A stretch of DNA of 64,000 bases, taken from the human T2T-CHM13v2.0 reference genome, Homo sapiens. The notes under the pieces are model-generated. The model saw only the letters and a program-made list of their open reading frames with translations, was not told the DNA's origin and did no database searches. The stretch is from assembly GCF_009914755.1 (NCBI RefSeq), contig NC_060925.1, one strand, 5' to 3'. Of the stretch, positions 50,478 to 61,855 are shown one piece after another. Both the position numbers and the translations under genes were made by a program. Positions within the stretch are counted from its first letter, which is position 1. Each line of letters begins with the position of its first letter.

Positions 50478-50683
50478 TACATATGTTATAAGTTCAGCTT
50501 TTATTTTAGATTTGGGGGTACATATGCAGGTTTGTTACATGGGTATATTGTGTGATGCTGAGGTTTGGGGTACCATGGATCCCATCACCCAGGCAGTGAG
50601 CTAGTTTTTCAGCACTTTCCCCTTCCTTCCCTCCCCGCTTTTGGGTGAAAGTCTAGTATCCAGAATCCATAAGGAACTTATGT
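50478..50683 (-). mobile_element. Short old L1PA insertion with inverted 5' piece
   Basis: Reverse L1PA 3' end (ttttattttagatttgggggtacatatgcaggtttgttacatggg) plus a forward ORF2-end piece gtctagtatccagaatccataaggaactta; TSD acaatgaacc at 50468-50477 and 50684-50693. Confidence 0.8.
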
Positions 50684-50766
50684 ACAATGAACCATTTTAA
50701 AACATACAGTTTGGTGGCATTTAGTGCATTCTTTGTGTTATGTAACCATCAACTCTGTCTTGTTCT

Positions 50767-50773
50767 TTTTTTC

Positions 50774-50804
<31 letters not shown>

Positions 50805-51114
50805 TTGAGACGGAGTGTCGCTGTGTTGCCCAGGCCGGAGTGCTATCATGTGATCTTGGCTCACTGCGAACTCTGCCTCCTGGATTCAAGTGATTCTCCT
50901 GCCTCAGCCTGCTGAGTAGCCGGGATTACAGTCATGTGCCAATAGCTGGGATTACAGTCATGTGCCAACACGCTCAACTAATTTTTGTATTTTAAGTAGA
51001 GACAGGATCTCACTATGTTGGTCAGACTGGTCTCGAACTCCCGACCCCAGGTGATCCACCTGCCTCGGCCTCCCAAAGTGCTGGGATTACAGGTGTGAGC
51101 CACCCCACCCGGCC
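50767..51114 (-). mobile_element. AluS with internal 26-bp tandem duplication
   Basis: Poly-T tail; 16-bp TSD aactctgtcttgttct (50751-50766, 51115-51130). Confidence 0.96.
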
Positions 51115-53106
51115 AACTCTGTCTTGTTCTAAGACATTAATGTCATCCCAAAAGGAAACTGTGCACCCATTAAGCAAAATCACTCCCAGCTCCCAGCGCC
51201 CATGACCACCAACTTGCTTCTGTCTCTGCGGATTTACGTATTCTGATGTGCCATGTAAGTGAAATCATGCAATACGGGAACGTTTCCATTTGACTGTTGT
51301 CAGCTGGCAGCATGTTTTCAAGGTTCGCCCGTGTTAGAGCAGGTATAGCACTTCATTCATTCTGTGGCTGAATAACACTCTATTATACAGTGTGGATAGA
51401 CTGTACTTTGCTTCTCCATCCAGCCATTTATGGACACTTGGGTTGCTTCCACCTTTTGGCTATTCTGAGTGATGCTGCTGTGAATGTGGGCAGACACGTA
51501 TCTGAGTCTCTGCTGTCCATTCTTCCAGGTGCGTCCCAGAAGCAGAATTGTTGGATTGTGTGGTCACTCCATGTTCGACTTTTGAGGAACCTGAGCAGAA
51601 CTTGGACCGCTGCCCGCCCACTGGGTTTACTGGTGGTTTCTCTGTTCCCCTCCCCCATCCTGGTTCTGGTGTACTCCGAATGTCCCTTGCACTCCCTTCC
51701 ACGGCCACACACTAAATTCAGGGAACATCTCAATGGCCGCATCTGGTCACAAGACATGCACCCATTGGCCCCAGCTCAGACTGTCTCTCTGGGATCTCAG
51801 GCTTGTGCAGTGTGAACACATGGCCAAGAGAGGGCAGGCAGAGGCACCAGACCCCCACTTGGTGCTGGTGAGCTGGTCCTCGCTGGATCAGCTGCCCAGC
51901 CTGCTGGGCCCAGGCATCCTTGTCCCCTTTAACAGATGAGGACTGAGGGAGACACAGCTGAGTAAAAACCACTGACCTGCCATCTACACATTGAGGTCAT
52001 TGGAATGATGGCCACATGTCAAGGTTTTTTAGGCCCTTCTGTGTCTCAACAGCTTCTGGAGGTGCTGGCTGAACTAAGGCCAAGCTTAGAAAAGACAGCC
52101 CCAATCTCTGATTCCGATAACCCACCAACCTTTCCTAGTCCCGACCTGCAGGCTCCAGTCCCTGGGTCCTGCTGTGTTCTGAGGTTCCAACTGCCTTGTG
52201 CAGGGGCCTGGAACCCTGAGCCTTTCCCAGATTCCTCTCCAAGCCGAGGACCAGATCACCAGAGCCTTGAGTCACCTGGACCTCCCGAGCGTTTTCTGTG
52301 GAAGGAATCTTTGGCTCCAGCAAGAAGCAGAACAGTTGATTAAAACGTTTATTTTCCTGCGAGGAAAGAGAAAGGAGAGTCTTCGGTTTCTCCTACCTGA
52401 TACCCTGACTATGGCTCCTGTCCCCACTGTGCCTGCTCAGGATGTGTCTCTGCTGTGTTGTTACCACAGCCCCCTGCCCATCTGCAGCAAGTAAGGTTAT
52501 TCCCTTGCATTTGTGCAAGGCAACCAAGGAAACTAAAACTTTAAGGAGGAAAGAAATGAGAGATGATAACAGATTAGCAATTTGCAAATTATCCTAAGGA
52601 AAAATGTCCTATTAAGAAAAAAATGATGAGCACATGCTATTGAAGGGGGGTGGGGGACCATGGCTGGGGAGAAGAATGGACTCTAGCTCGCTGAAATTAT
52701 AGTATTGTCCCGTCTCCAACTACTAAGGCTCTGTTCCCTGACAATACACTAAATATATCGTTTATTAAGCCCATTATCCTGCAGACCGCAGTTAGTCACA
52801 TCTCAAACATTGCCACATTTATGAAAGACAGTTACAGTCATTTGCAAGATAATTACCATTTTAATCTCAAACCAGCCTGCAGGAGCAAATTGCTTTATAA
52901 GTAACCAGGTTTTCAGCATATCATGACGGAATGCCGTGCAAGCCCTCAGACACTTCGGGCTTGTTTTGCAATTTTCTACAGTGTGGGGAAACCTGCCCTC
53001 CTGGGGCTGGGTAGAGATGGGAGACAGCCTCCTGTTCTGCGCCTGAGGGTGGACACTCATAGTGTCATGCTTCCATATGTCTGCTTCCAGCTCTCATTAA
53101 CACAGA

Positions 53107-53385
53107 TGGGCGAGAGAGAAAGGGAGAGAGGGAAAGAGTGGGGAAGAAAGAGGAGAAACAAGAAGAGAGAGAGGCAGGGAGAGAGAGAAACAGAAATGGA
53201 GGGAGGGAAAGAGCAAGAGGGAGAGAGAGGAAAAGAGAGACAGAGAGGAAGGGAGGGAGGGAGACAGAGGAAGGGAGGGAGAGGGGGGGAGGAAGAGAGA
53301 GAGAGAGAGAGAGAAGCTCTCATTAACACAGAGGAGGAAGAGAGAGAGAAGGAAAGATGAGAACAGGGAGGGAGGGAAGGAAACA
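53107..53385. repeat. Polypurine (GA/GGGA) tract
   Basis: Nearly pure A/G, interrupted by a second copy of agctctcattaacacaga. Confidence 0.92.
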
Positions 53386-54664
53386 GGTAACAGAATTACC
53401 CTGCTTGAAGCTGGCCTAAAACAGAATCAGGGCATAAGATAGGGACATCGCCAGAAGCAATAAGACCCCCGAAAAAAGGTGAGGACATTGGCATCGAGAC
53501 TAGTTGACATATCCATAACTTCAGCCCCAAATGCAGAACCTTCCTTGAAAAATGGGAGGACCTTTGTATCTGATGAAACAGCTACAGTCAGTATATTGCA
53601 AGGAACCATCCATTTGGGGAAGGAAAAACTGATCTGGAACTGAAGAGGATCAGAAGCTCCTGAGCGGGGGAAGCAACGGAGCAGGGAGGGGCTGAGCAGG
53701 GGTTACTGGGAACCACATGCAAGTTGGACGAGCAGATGAGATCAGACCGGGTGGAACCAAGGCCCCTGCTGTGGGGGTACGTCGGGCAGCCCTTTACCTC
53801 AGCAAAGCTAAGGCAGGCCACCATTACCTGGGCACCTGTCACAAGGTGCAGAAAGGACAGGTGCGGGATTGCATTATCATGAGTGGTTATGAAGAATGTA
53901 AAGGCGAGAGCTGGCAGCCAGTCACTTCCTGATTGGGAGATAACTGAAACTACTAGAATCCAACCACCCACCCAAGGTTTAATATCCTCTGAAATAATCC
54001 CAGGGAATCATCCAGCTTTAGTCACCTTGACCTGACGGTGCCTGAAATTATCTGAATATGGGGAGAAAAGAGACCAGTCCCGGGATAGGAGGAGGAAAAA
54101 CAAAAGGGGCAGGGGGTCTGCTGAGGCCGAGCCAGGAGGTGCATCCCAGAGCACAGGGTGGAGGCGGTCACCTGGGGACAGCGGTGATTCTGGCCAAGGC
54201 GGCTTCCCAGGAGCGGTTGGAGAGAGGTGGAAAAGCCAAACTCAAGTGAGCCAGGGGCTAAACCCTGGGTGAAGATCACAGCAAGTGTACAGCCAGCCCT
54301 TCCCAGCTCTGGCATCTTCTCCTGGAGACGCAGAGTTGGGAACAGAGAAAAGAGAAGTGCAGGTACCGTAATCCCCCTCACTGCAGCTAGCAATTTTGTG
54401 TTTTAGAATCTGCAGATTTTCAGCTTCATTTCCCTGAAACCCATGTCTTCTCTGGAGCTTCCTATCTCTGTTCAAGGGGCCAGTCCCTCCATGTATACAA
54501 CCTGCATACCATGGTCTCCTCATCCATCTCACCTCCTACTTCATCTCCCTGAGGCCCCCTCCCCTTCAAAGCTTTTACCACACTCCCCTCCAAAGCATCT
54601 GACACCCACTTGGCTCTCCACTCTCAGTGCTGACTATATCCGCTCCCTGTTCTGCATAACACAT

Positions 54665-55124
54665 CCCCCCAAATTTACCTGCTGGCAAGAAGGCTGACTC
54701 AGAGGGCTGGCAGGTGGAGTTTGGCTTCCGTTCCCCTCCAGGCAGCCTCTCACCCTCCCGGGTCTCTCTCCTCCAGGCAACCTCTCACCCTCCTGGGTGT
54801 CTCTCCTCCAGGTGGCCTCTCACCCTCCTGGGTCTCTCTTCTCCAGGTGGCCTCTCACCCTCCTGGGTCTCTCTTCTCCAGCAGCATGGCCTAGACTTCT
54901 TCCTGTGGCCGCTGAACTCCCAGAAGGAGAGACAACCAGAAAGCAAGTCGCCCCTAAGACGGAAGTGGCAGTTTGTACAACCTCATTTCAGAAGGGTCTG
55001 CTGTGCACTGTGGTCTCACACAGCAACCTGGAGCTATAGGAGAGAGGACTGCACACACAGTGAACGCCAGGTGAGAAGCGGGTTATTGGTTCATTGGGGG
55101 CCTTCTTGGAGACCAGCCACGGCA
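54665..55124 (-). mobile_element. MLT1F/G-like LTR remnant
   Basis: gagaggactgcacacacagtgaacgccagg...tcattgggggccttcttggagaccagccac. Confidence 0.6.
54736..54881. repeat. 35-bp minisatellite, 4 copies
   Basis: ctccaggtggcctctcaccctcctgggtctctctt units at 54736, 54771, 54806 and 54841. Confidence 0.93.
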
Positions 55125-57394
55125 CTTCCTGATTCTCAATGTAGGTGGTATGAACTTGTACTGCAGCTCTGAAGAAGCAGGGGCTGAGGCGTCCTCATTT
55201 TGTACCTTCCAAGATTCCTAGTGTGAGGTCAGAGTGCAAGTAGATGCTCAGCAAACACTTGTTGGAATATAGAGTTTTGGATTCCATGCGAGCAAAACTC
55301 ACCAGGGGTCTAATGTGCCTGGTGCAGGTCCCCACCATCCCCCCACACCTGCCGATGATCCTGTCTTAGGGCATTTTCTGCCCATTACTTCCTTCTTTCC
55401 TCTCCCCGCATGTGTCATGAAGATGAAAGTAGGCGACAGCTGGCAGAGATTGTGTTGACACACTCAAGGTCATGGACTGTCCTCTCATTTGAGCATTATT
55501 TACCTAACACAAAGAGACAGACACAAAGATAATGCCATGATAATTTAACGGCTCACCCCTTTTGTAAAACTGCCATCGCTGGTGTTTCTGTGTGAAGGAA
55601 GACAAAAGATCCGGGGGGGGGCCCACAAGGACTCTCTCTTTTCTTCTCTGATTAATTCCTGCCTCCCTACCCAGGCTGCTGTTCCCTCCCACACCCACAT
55701 TTCCAATAACAGGCTGAGGTTATTGCTAGCTTTTCAGTTTTAATACAAATATGAAAGGGAATCAATGAAACTGATATTGTGAGACAATATATTTCCCATC
55801 AGACAATTACAGGGGGGTTTTTCATTCAGATTTTCACTATTCAAAATGAAACTCAGAGATTATTTTTTCCGTGGCACATCCTGAAACTCCAATCTCTCTG
55901 TCAGTAATGCAGCTCCTGAGGCTGCGTTGTAAAGGGACTTGCTAAAGTAGACTTCTTGACATTAATATAGCAACATGTCAAATAAAAACTCAGACTAAAA
56001 GAGATGAACTTCCCCTTAATATACCGTGATCGCCGCCGAGAGTCTGAGAGGGACTCCCGAGTGGCTTGGAATTCCTCTGCTTGGGATTTCACTCTACTGA
56101 CAGCAACATGTCAGAGTCCATTAATGCAGGACCAGGACCAGAGACAAATATATTTTGAACGTGGAACAAAAAGAAGCTGCCAAGAAAACATGGATTTCCT
56201 TGCAACCCTGACCCTGCACCCATCTGCATCTGCGAAAAAGGGTGCACAGTTCCTTCCACCTAAGCTCCTGCTGCAACTACCTGAGCAGTCAGAAAGCTCT
56301 CAGAGGACATGGTCACTGGGTCTGGCCCCCTGGCCTGCAGAGAGGCCCTGGCACATACAGGGAAAATGCAGCTGCACACCGACCTTGCATGCTTTCCTGT
56401 GATTTTTGTTTTACACCATCTGTTTTCAGCCTGCTCCTGCACTCTGGGCTGAAATGACTGAATTTGGTCCCCCAAGCTCAACTGATGGCTGCAGGCTCCA
56501 GGATCCCTGAGTTGGGTCTGGAGATCCAGGAAACCCTTAACGTTGGATGGCTGTTTTGCATGTGTGGTCTTTCTACCAGGGAGGGGCGTCTCCGCTCACC
56601 CCGCTCACCCTCCGGCTCTGCTCTCTGCTTTCGCACTTGTCCCTGGAGATATAAACCCAGACACTGCCCTGCTTGACCACAGGCAGCTGACTGGTGGCCT
56701 GCACACCCTACAAGGGTCCAACAGCCAGACCTTCCTTGCTCTGGACCCACTCCTCTGTACCACCCTGGGCCAGCCAGCCTGCCCACCCCAGGGACTGAGC
56801 TAAATCCTGGTGCCTTGTGCTCATGGGACAGGAAGGAGAACAGGCATTAAGGGTCCCCCAGGGCTGTCTGTCGAGGCTGACCATTGCTGGAAAAGCAAGC
56901 AACTCTACTTCCTTGCAGGATCCCTCACTCCACCTCCTTCCCTGGCCAGCAGAGCTTACCAGGTCAGCCAAGAGTCCCATCAACACTCACGGGAGGTGGA
57001 TGGCGGTCTCAGGCAGCATCTCAGGACAGCACCTGGGGCTCGGGCACAGGACACTCAGGTGGGATGTTCCAAATGCCCAGAGATGAGGGGGAGCCTGGAC
57101 TGCAAAGCACTTGCTCATCAGACCTGCTGAGTTGATACCATCAAGGCAGGTTCATCTCCCATGGACTTCATGCTGACCGTCCCTGTAAAGACTCTTCAAG
57201 AAACAGAAAACCACTGCAGAGGAACAAATGGCCCAGCCGACCATCTGCAGAGCCCCTCTTTGGACTCATCCCACCAACAACGAAAGTCCAGGAGGTAGAA
57301 CCTATATCTGCCATGTTCGGTATTGTCCCTCCCCAGGCCCCAGCCTGGCTCAGGGCCTCATATAGAGGAAATGTACTACACAAGGTTATTGACA

Positions 57395-57560
57395 GAATGA
57401 ATGAGTGAACACACCTCACATTTGCCTAGTGCTTCCTTTGTGCACTCCTCACACGGGCCACACGGAGTCAGCTCTATTATTGTTATTGTCCCCCTTTGAA
57501 AAGATGAGGAAACTGAGGCACAGAATATTTTTTAAAGCTGCACCCGCCCAAGGCCCCATG
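57395..57560 (-). mobile_element. MIR SINE
   Basis: ctattattgttattgtccccctttgaaaagatgaggaaactgaggcacaga. Confidence 0.85.
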
Positions 57561-57565
57561 GGTAT

Positions 57566-57738
57566 AGGGTTGGCAGATTTAACTGATAAAAATACGGGAA
57601 GCCCAGTTACATTTGAATTTCAGACCAATAATGAATAACATTTAGTATAAGTATATCCCCAATATTGCATGAAATATACCAAAATATCATTCATCATTTC
57701 CCTGGAATTCTAATTTAGTTGAGCATCCTGTGTATTAC
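57566..57738. mobile_element. MER53 (palindromic hAT-type MITE) inserted in the MIR
   Basis: agggttggcagatttaactgataaaaatacgggaagcccagttacatttgaatttcaga...tagtataagtatatccc. Confidence 0.85.
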
Positions 57739-58999
57739 TGTATGATCCTCTGTGCAGCAAGGGGAGGGAACCCAGGTCTGAGTCCAGGTTGAGAGGATCT
57801 GAGCCTGTGTTCTCTCTGGAGATGTCCAGGAGCTTCAGCGGAGGCTGCACTGCACGCAGGCATTTGCTCTGGGAGTCCCTCTGGAGGAAACAGAGGGTCC
57901 ACAGGGAAAAGAACCCATCTCCTTGGCTGTGGCTAAGTCTTCTCTGCTAGGCCAGCCAAAGTAAAAGGATAAGTGGGGAAGGGGGGGTCCAGTTTATATG
58001 ACCCATGGCTGTAATTAGATTCATTACAAAGCAGGAAAAAGTGACCTCAGAGGAGATCCTTCTGGGTCCAGTCATGGAGAAGAGTACCTGGCTGGGGAGT
58101 TGGACTTTTGTCTGTATTACTTAGCTGGTGCCCAGAAAGCTGTATGTGTGTGTGTGTGAATATGTCTGTATGAGTGTGCAAGGGACACTTCTTGAAAATG
58201 TTCCTGGCAGGACCATTTCCCAGGTGACAGTGCTCCCGGAGGGCAGGGTGCTGGCTCAGCAAGACCCCCAAAGCTCTGTGCTCCTGAGGCTCCAACAACT
58301 TCAGATGGAGATGAACTGAGACATCTTTCAAACCTATCATCAGGTTCCACGACTGAACAGTAAATTCTCCCAGACCTCAACCCCACCAGCTCCTATCTCC
58401 ATAACTCTGTTTATTTGATCATCTGTTCACTTTTATATAAAGTTTATTATGCTCTTCTGTATTGAAAAAAAACCAGGGCCCTTTAATAGCTGCAGTGATA
58501 AAAAATGACTTCCGCTTCTCCAGCTCTGCAGGAATGAAATTAGTCCAATTACATTTTCCTCTCCTGTTAAATTCTCAGCGTCCACTATCTGCAGATCAGC
58601 TGAGATGCAGAGTGGTTAAACATGTCCAATTAATCAAAGCACTGTAAGAGTCATCAGAACATTCTAGAGTTCCTCATTGCTGATGACCGGGGTAATTAAA
58701 AAAAGAAGGTTTAAAAAATTGACCACTCTTTGAGAACATTCTGACCCTGAAGCAAGGTTAAGGAGGCTTTGGCCAGAAATTTGGAGCAGCTATCAGAAAA
58801 AGAACTTCTGGAACATTCTGGTATTCCTTTAATGCCGCTCACCAAGGGTTGCGTGCAGTCTTGCATTATTTGTTAGATGTTCACTCTGTTGTAGGGCATG
58901 TCGGGGAATGGCAATATGGACAGGTGGACATAGGGTTCCAGTCTACTGGGCAAAATGTGATGGCCAGCCCTGTACACAGCCAGTGACTTTGTCCTGATG

Positions 59000-59950
59000 T
59001 TGAATATACAACTTCCTTTCTCTTCAACCCCAGTTCAAAGCCAACCTCTTCCAGACCCTCTTTCCAGATGGCTTCAACCATTCTCCAATCTCCCAAAATA
59101 ATCCTGACCACGACCACCTTTTCAGAAACAAGAAGCATTTTAAATCTGGAAACATGCAAACATAAATCACTACAGGTAGAAAACAAAGGTCTTCTATTAA
59201 ATTCTCCCAGGACTTGCTTTATTTTTCTCTGGACTCCATCCTGCACCACAGACTTGGTTAAGTTATTTACTCAATGTGTTCTGCCCCTTAATGGAAGCTC
59301 CAGGAGGGCAGGGGCTTTGAATTAACAAATAGTCACTAATATTTGATTCACTAAGTTCTCTTCCATGCCCAGATCTTTGCCTGCCACATTACAGGTGTGC
59401 ATTAGGTAATGCTCAGGTGAGGGGATTGTCAGAAGCAAAATCCTTTACTGAATTCATTCATTTACTCATGCATGCATTTGCCCCTTCATTTATTCAGCCT
59501 GAACTCACAGGGCACTCCCTGTAGCCAGACGCTGCTTTTACTGCCCTTTCTGCAGGAGGTGGCATATAATAGGATTTGCAGGCTGGGGAACCAAGAGAAG
59601 CTTCACAGAAGATTTAGCCGGATCTGGGCAGAGGGCAGGGTATTCCAGGTAAAGGGTAGCCTGACCTCTAAAAGGCAGAATGACATTTAAGAAAAGAGAC
59701 TCCCATGGGGATCCTAAATACAACCTATTGTGTAAAGGGGAAAGGCTGCTCGTTCTGTGCTTGCAGAAGCGAGCCAAGTACAGAAGTCTTGTAGGAGCTT
59801 CCCTCTGGAAGGACCACAGAGACCACGAATACGGCCCCAGCACACAGAGGAGAAAACAGAAGCTCAGAGTTGGTGCAGCCTTGCCCAAGCTCACAACATT
59901 GGTCAGTGGCAGGTCCAGACCCAGACTCTCTCTAGACACAGCCCTATGTT
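59000..59950. mobile_element. Cluster of degenerate L2 and MIR fragments
   Basis: aatggaagctccaggagggcaggggcttt (L2 +), attcattcatttactcat (L2 -), gaggagaaaacagaagctcagag..cttgcccaagctcaca (MIR -). Confidence 0.55.
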
Positions 59951-60742
59951 CTTCCTCTCTTTTCATCAATTACTGCATCTCGCATTGCCCCAGGGGAGCC
60001 GCTGTCAGGGTGGACATGTGGATGGATGGCTCCGATGTGTGTCAGCCCTGGGAGGAGAAAGTGGGGATTAGCTGACTTTCAAACAAGACACACACAAGGG
60101 AATATCTCATGGTGGGGAGGGGGTGGGGGGTAGCCATGCCAAAGAAGGAGGAGAAGGTGCCGGAGGAGGACGAGGCAGGGATGGTTGTGAGTTTGTGCAC
60201 AAGGATGCAGTGTCTGTGTGCCTGATGCTCAGAATCCATCTCACAGTCCTTGCCTGGAGGGGGTAACCCTACAAAATTCTTCCAACAAAAAAGCTAGAAA
60301 CACATCCCTTTCCAGCCAGGACAATAGTCCCATCAGCCAGAGGTCTGGCTCAGGCCACCACAGCTCTCCCGAAGCAGAAATGACACCAAAGGGGAGCTGC
60401 TGGAAGCTTTAGCCTCCTGCTGCAAAGAAAATTATTCTCTCCCTTCTACCATACCTCACTCATCATCAACATTAAATTCTGAAAATGTGATCCAGGATGG
60501 AACTAATGCAGACATGGGCACATCCAGCTGGAAGGCAGCCAGCTTTTCCCTGTGGCTTGTCCTGTTAGAGACTCTAACTCCAGCCCTGATCCCACCAAGA
60601 GTCTGTTACATTCATAAGCTTCTCAATCTGGGATAAAGAGAAATCGGAGACATTTGTCCACCTTAGCTTTAAGAAGAAATGTCTCAAGTGCACACGCAGC
60701 ATAAGAGATATTCTCAGTGACAGTCAAGGTTCCTGCAGAGTT

Positions 60743-60932
60743 GGCTGGGTGCAGTGGCTCACGCCTGTAATCCCAGCTTTTTGGGAGGCCAAAGCCAAAG
60801 TGGGAGGACTGCATGAATCCAGGAGTTTGAGACTAGCAGCATGGTAAGACCTCATATCTACTAAAAGAATCAAAAATAAATATTAACATAAATAAATAAA
60901 ATATAATAAAATAAAATAATAAAAAACATTAA
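60743..60932 (+). mobile_element. FLAM_C-like Alu left monomer with long A-rich tail
   Basis: ggctgggtgcagtggctcacgcctgtaatcccagc; TSD aaggttcctgcagagtt / aagattcctgcagagtt (60726-60742, 60933-60949). Confidence 0.88.
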
Positions 60933-61239
60933 AAGATTCCTGCAGAGTTAACCATCCCACCACTCTCCTGGCCCCCTTGCACCTGTGGAGTGTGACATCA
61001 AAGACCCGAGAACCATGTGCCCCAATTGTGCCCATTGCAGGTGGAAGGGCCGCATCTGTTAGCCCAGGTCCTTCCACATCAAACTCCTGAAACTTCCTAC
61101 CTGTAGATTCCACAGGCATGATGAGAAGAACTCTTCCTAACCTGGACACAGGCAGGGTGCACACTCCTGAGCCATCAGCCACCTCAGTCTCTGAGGGAGT
61201 TTCTCAGCTCTCTAGCCATTGCCAAGCATTCACAAGTAG

Positions 61240-61570
61240 CCCTGCTCTCTGAGTGCGCCAGTCTCCAGCTGAGTGCTCCCACTCTGCCCTGCTAGTGCTC
61301 CTGTTCTGCTCTCTGAGTGCTCCCACTCTGCTCTATGAAAGCTTCCTCCCTGCTCTCAGAGGGCTTTTCCCTGTTAGGAGTGCTCTTCCCTGCTCTCTAG
61401 TGCTCCTCCCTGCTAAGTGCCCCCATCCTGCTCTTAGAGTGCTCTCTACTTGCTCTGAGTGCTCTTTCCTGCTCTCTGAATGCTCCTCCCTACTATCTGA
61501 ATGTTCCCCCTCTGCCCTTTGAGTGTTCCCATCCTGCACTCATGGTGCTCCCGCTCTGCTGACTGAGCAC
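61240..61570. repeat. Degenerate ~18-21-bp minisatellite (ccctgctctctgagtgct)
   Basis: Repeated ctgctctc..agtgctc motifs, roughly 15 copies. Confidence 0.8.
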
Positions 61571-61727
61571 TCTGCAGCTGTTGTTCTGGGAGTGAAGATC
61601 AAAACCAGCAGGAGAAAGGACTCCTGCCACTTCATCAAGCTGTGTACAGGAGCCCAGACATTTTCTAACAGCTGAGGGAAAGCTTTCATTAGCACCCCAC
61701 TCTGCTCTGAAAGAAAAGCACCTACTT

Positions 61728-61855
61728 TATGGTGTATTGAATGGTGGCTCCTAAAATACATCCACCTCATTACCTCAAACCTGTGAATGTGACCTTATTT
61801 AGAGAAAGGGTCTTTGCAGATGTAATTAAGGACCTTGAAGAGAGCTCATACTAGA
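61728..61855 (+). mobile_element. MLT1C/D-like LTR 5' part, interrupted by THE1
   Basis: aacctgtgaatgtgaccttatttagagaaagggtctttgcagatgtaattaagg. Confidence 0.8.

Larger units (their letters stand above)
50428..51600 (-). mobile_element. L1MB-like 3' UTR fragment, split by two younger insertions
   Basis: aattgaggtaaacttcacataacacaaaatt, gtggcatttagtgcattc, atggacacttgggttgcttccaccttttggctatt. Confidence 0.85.
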
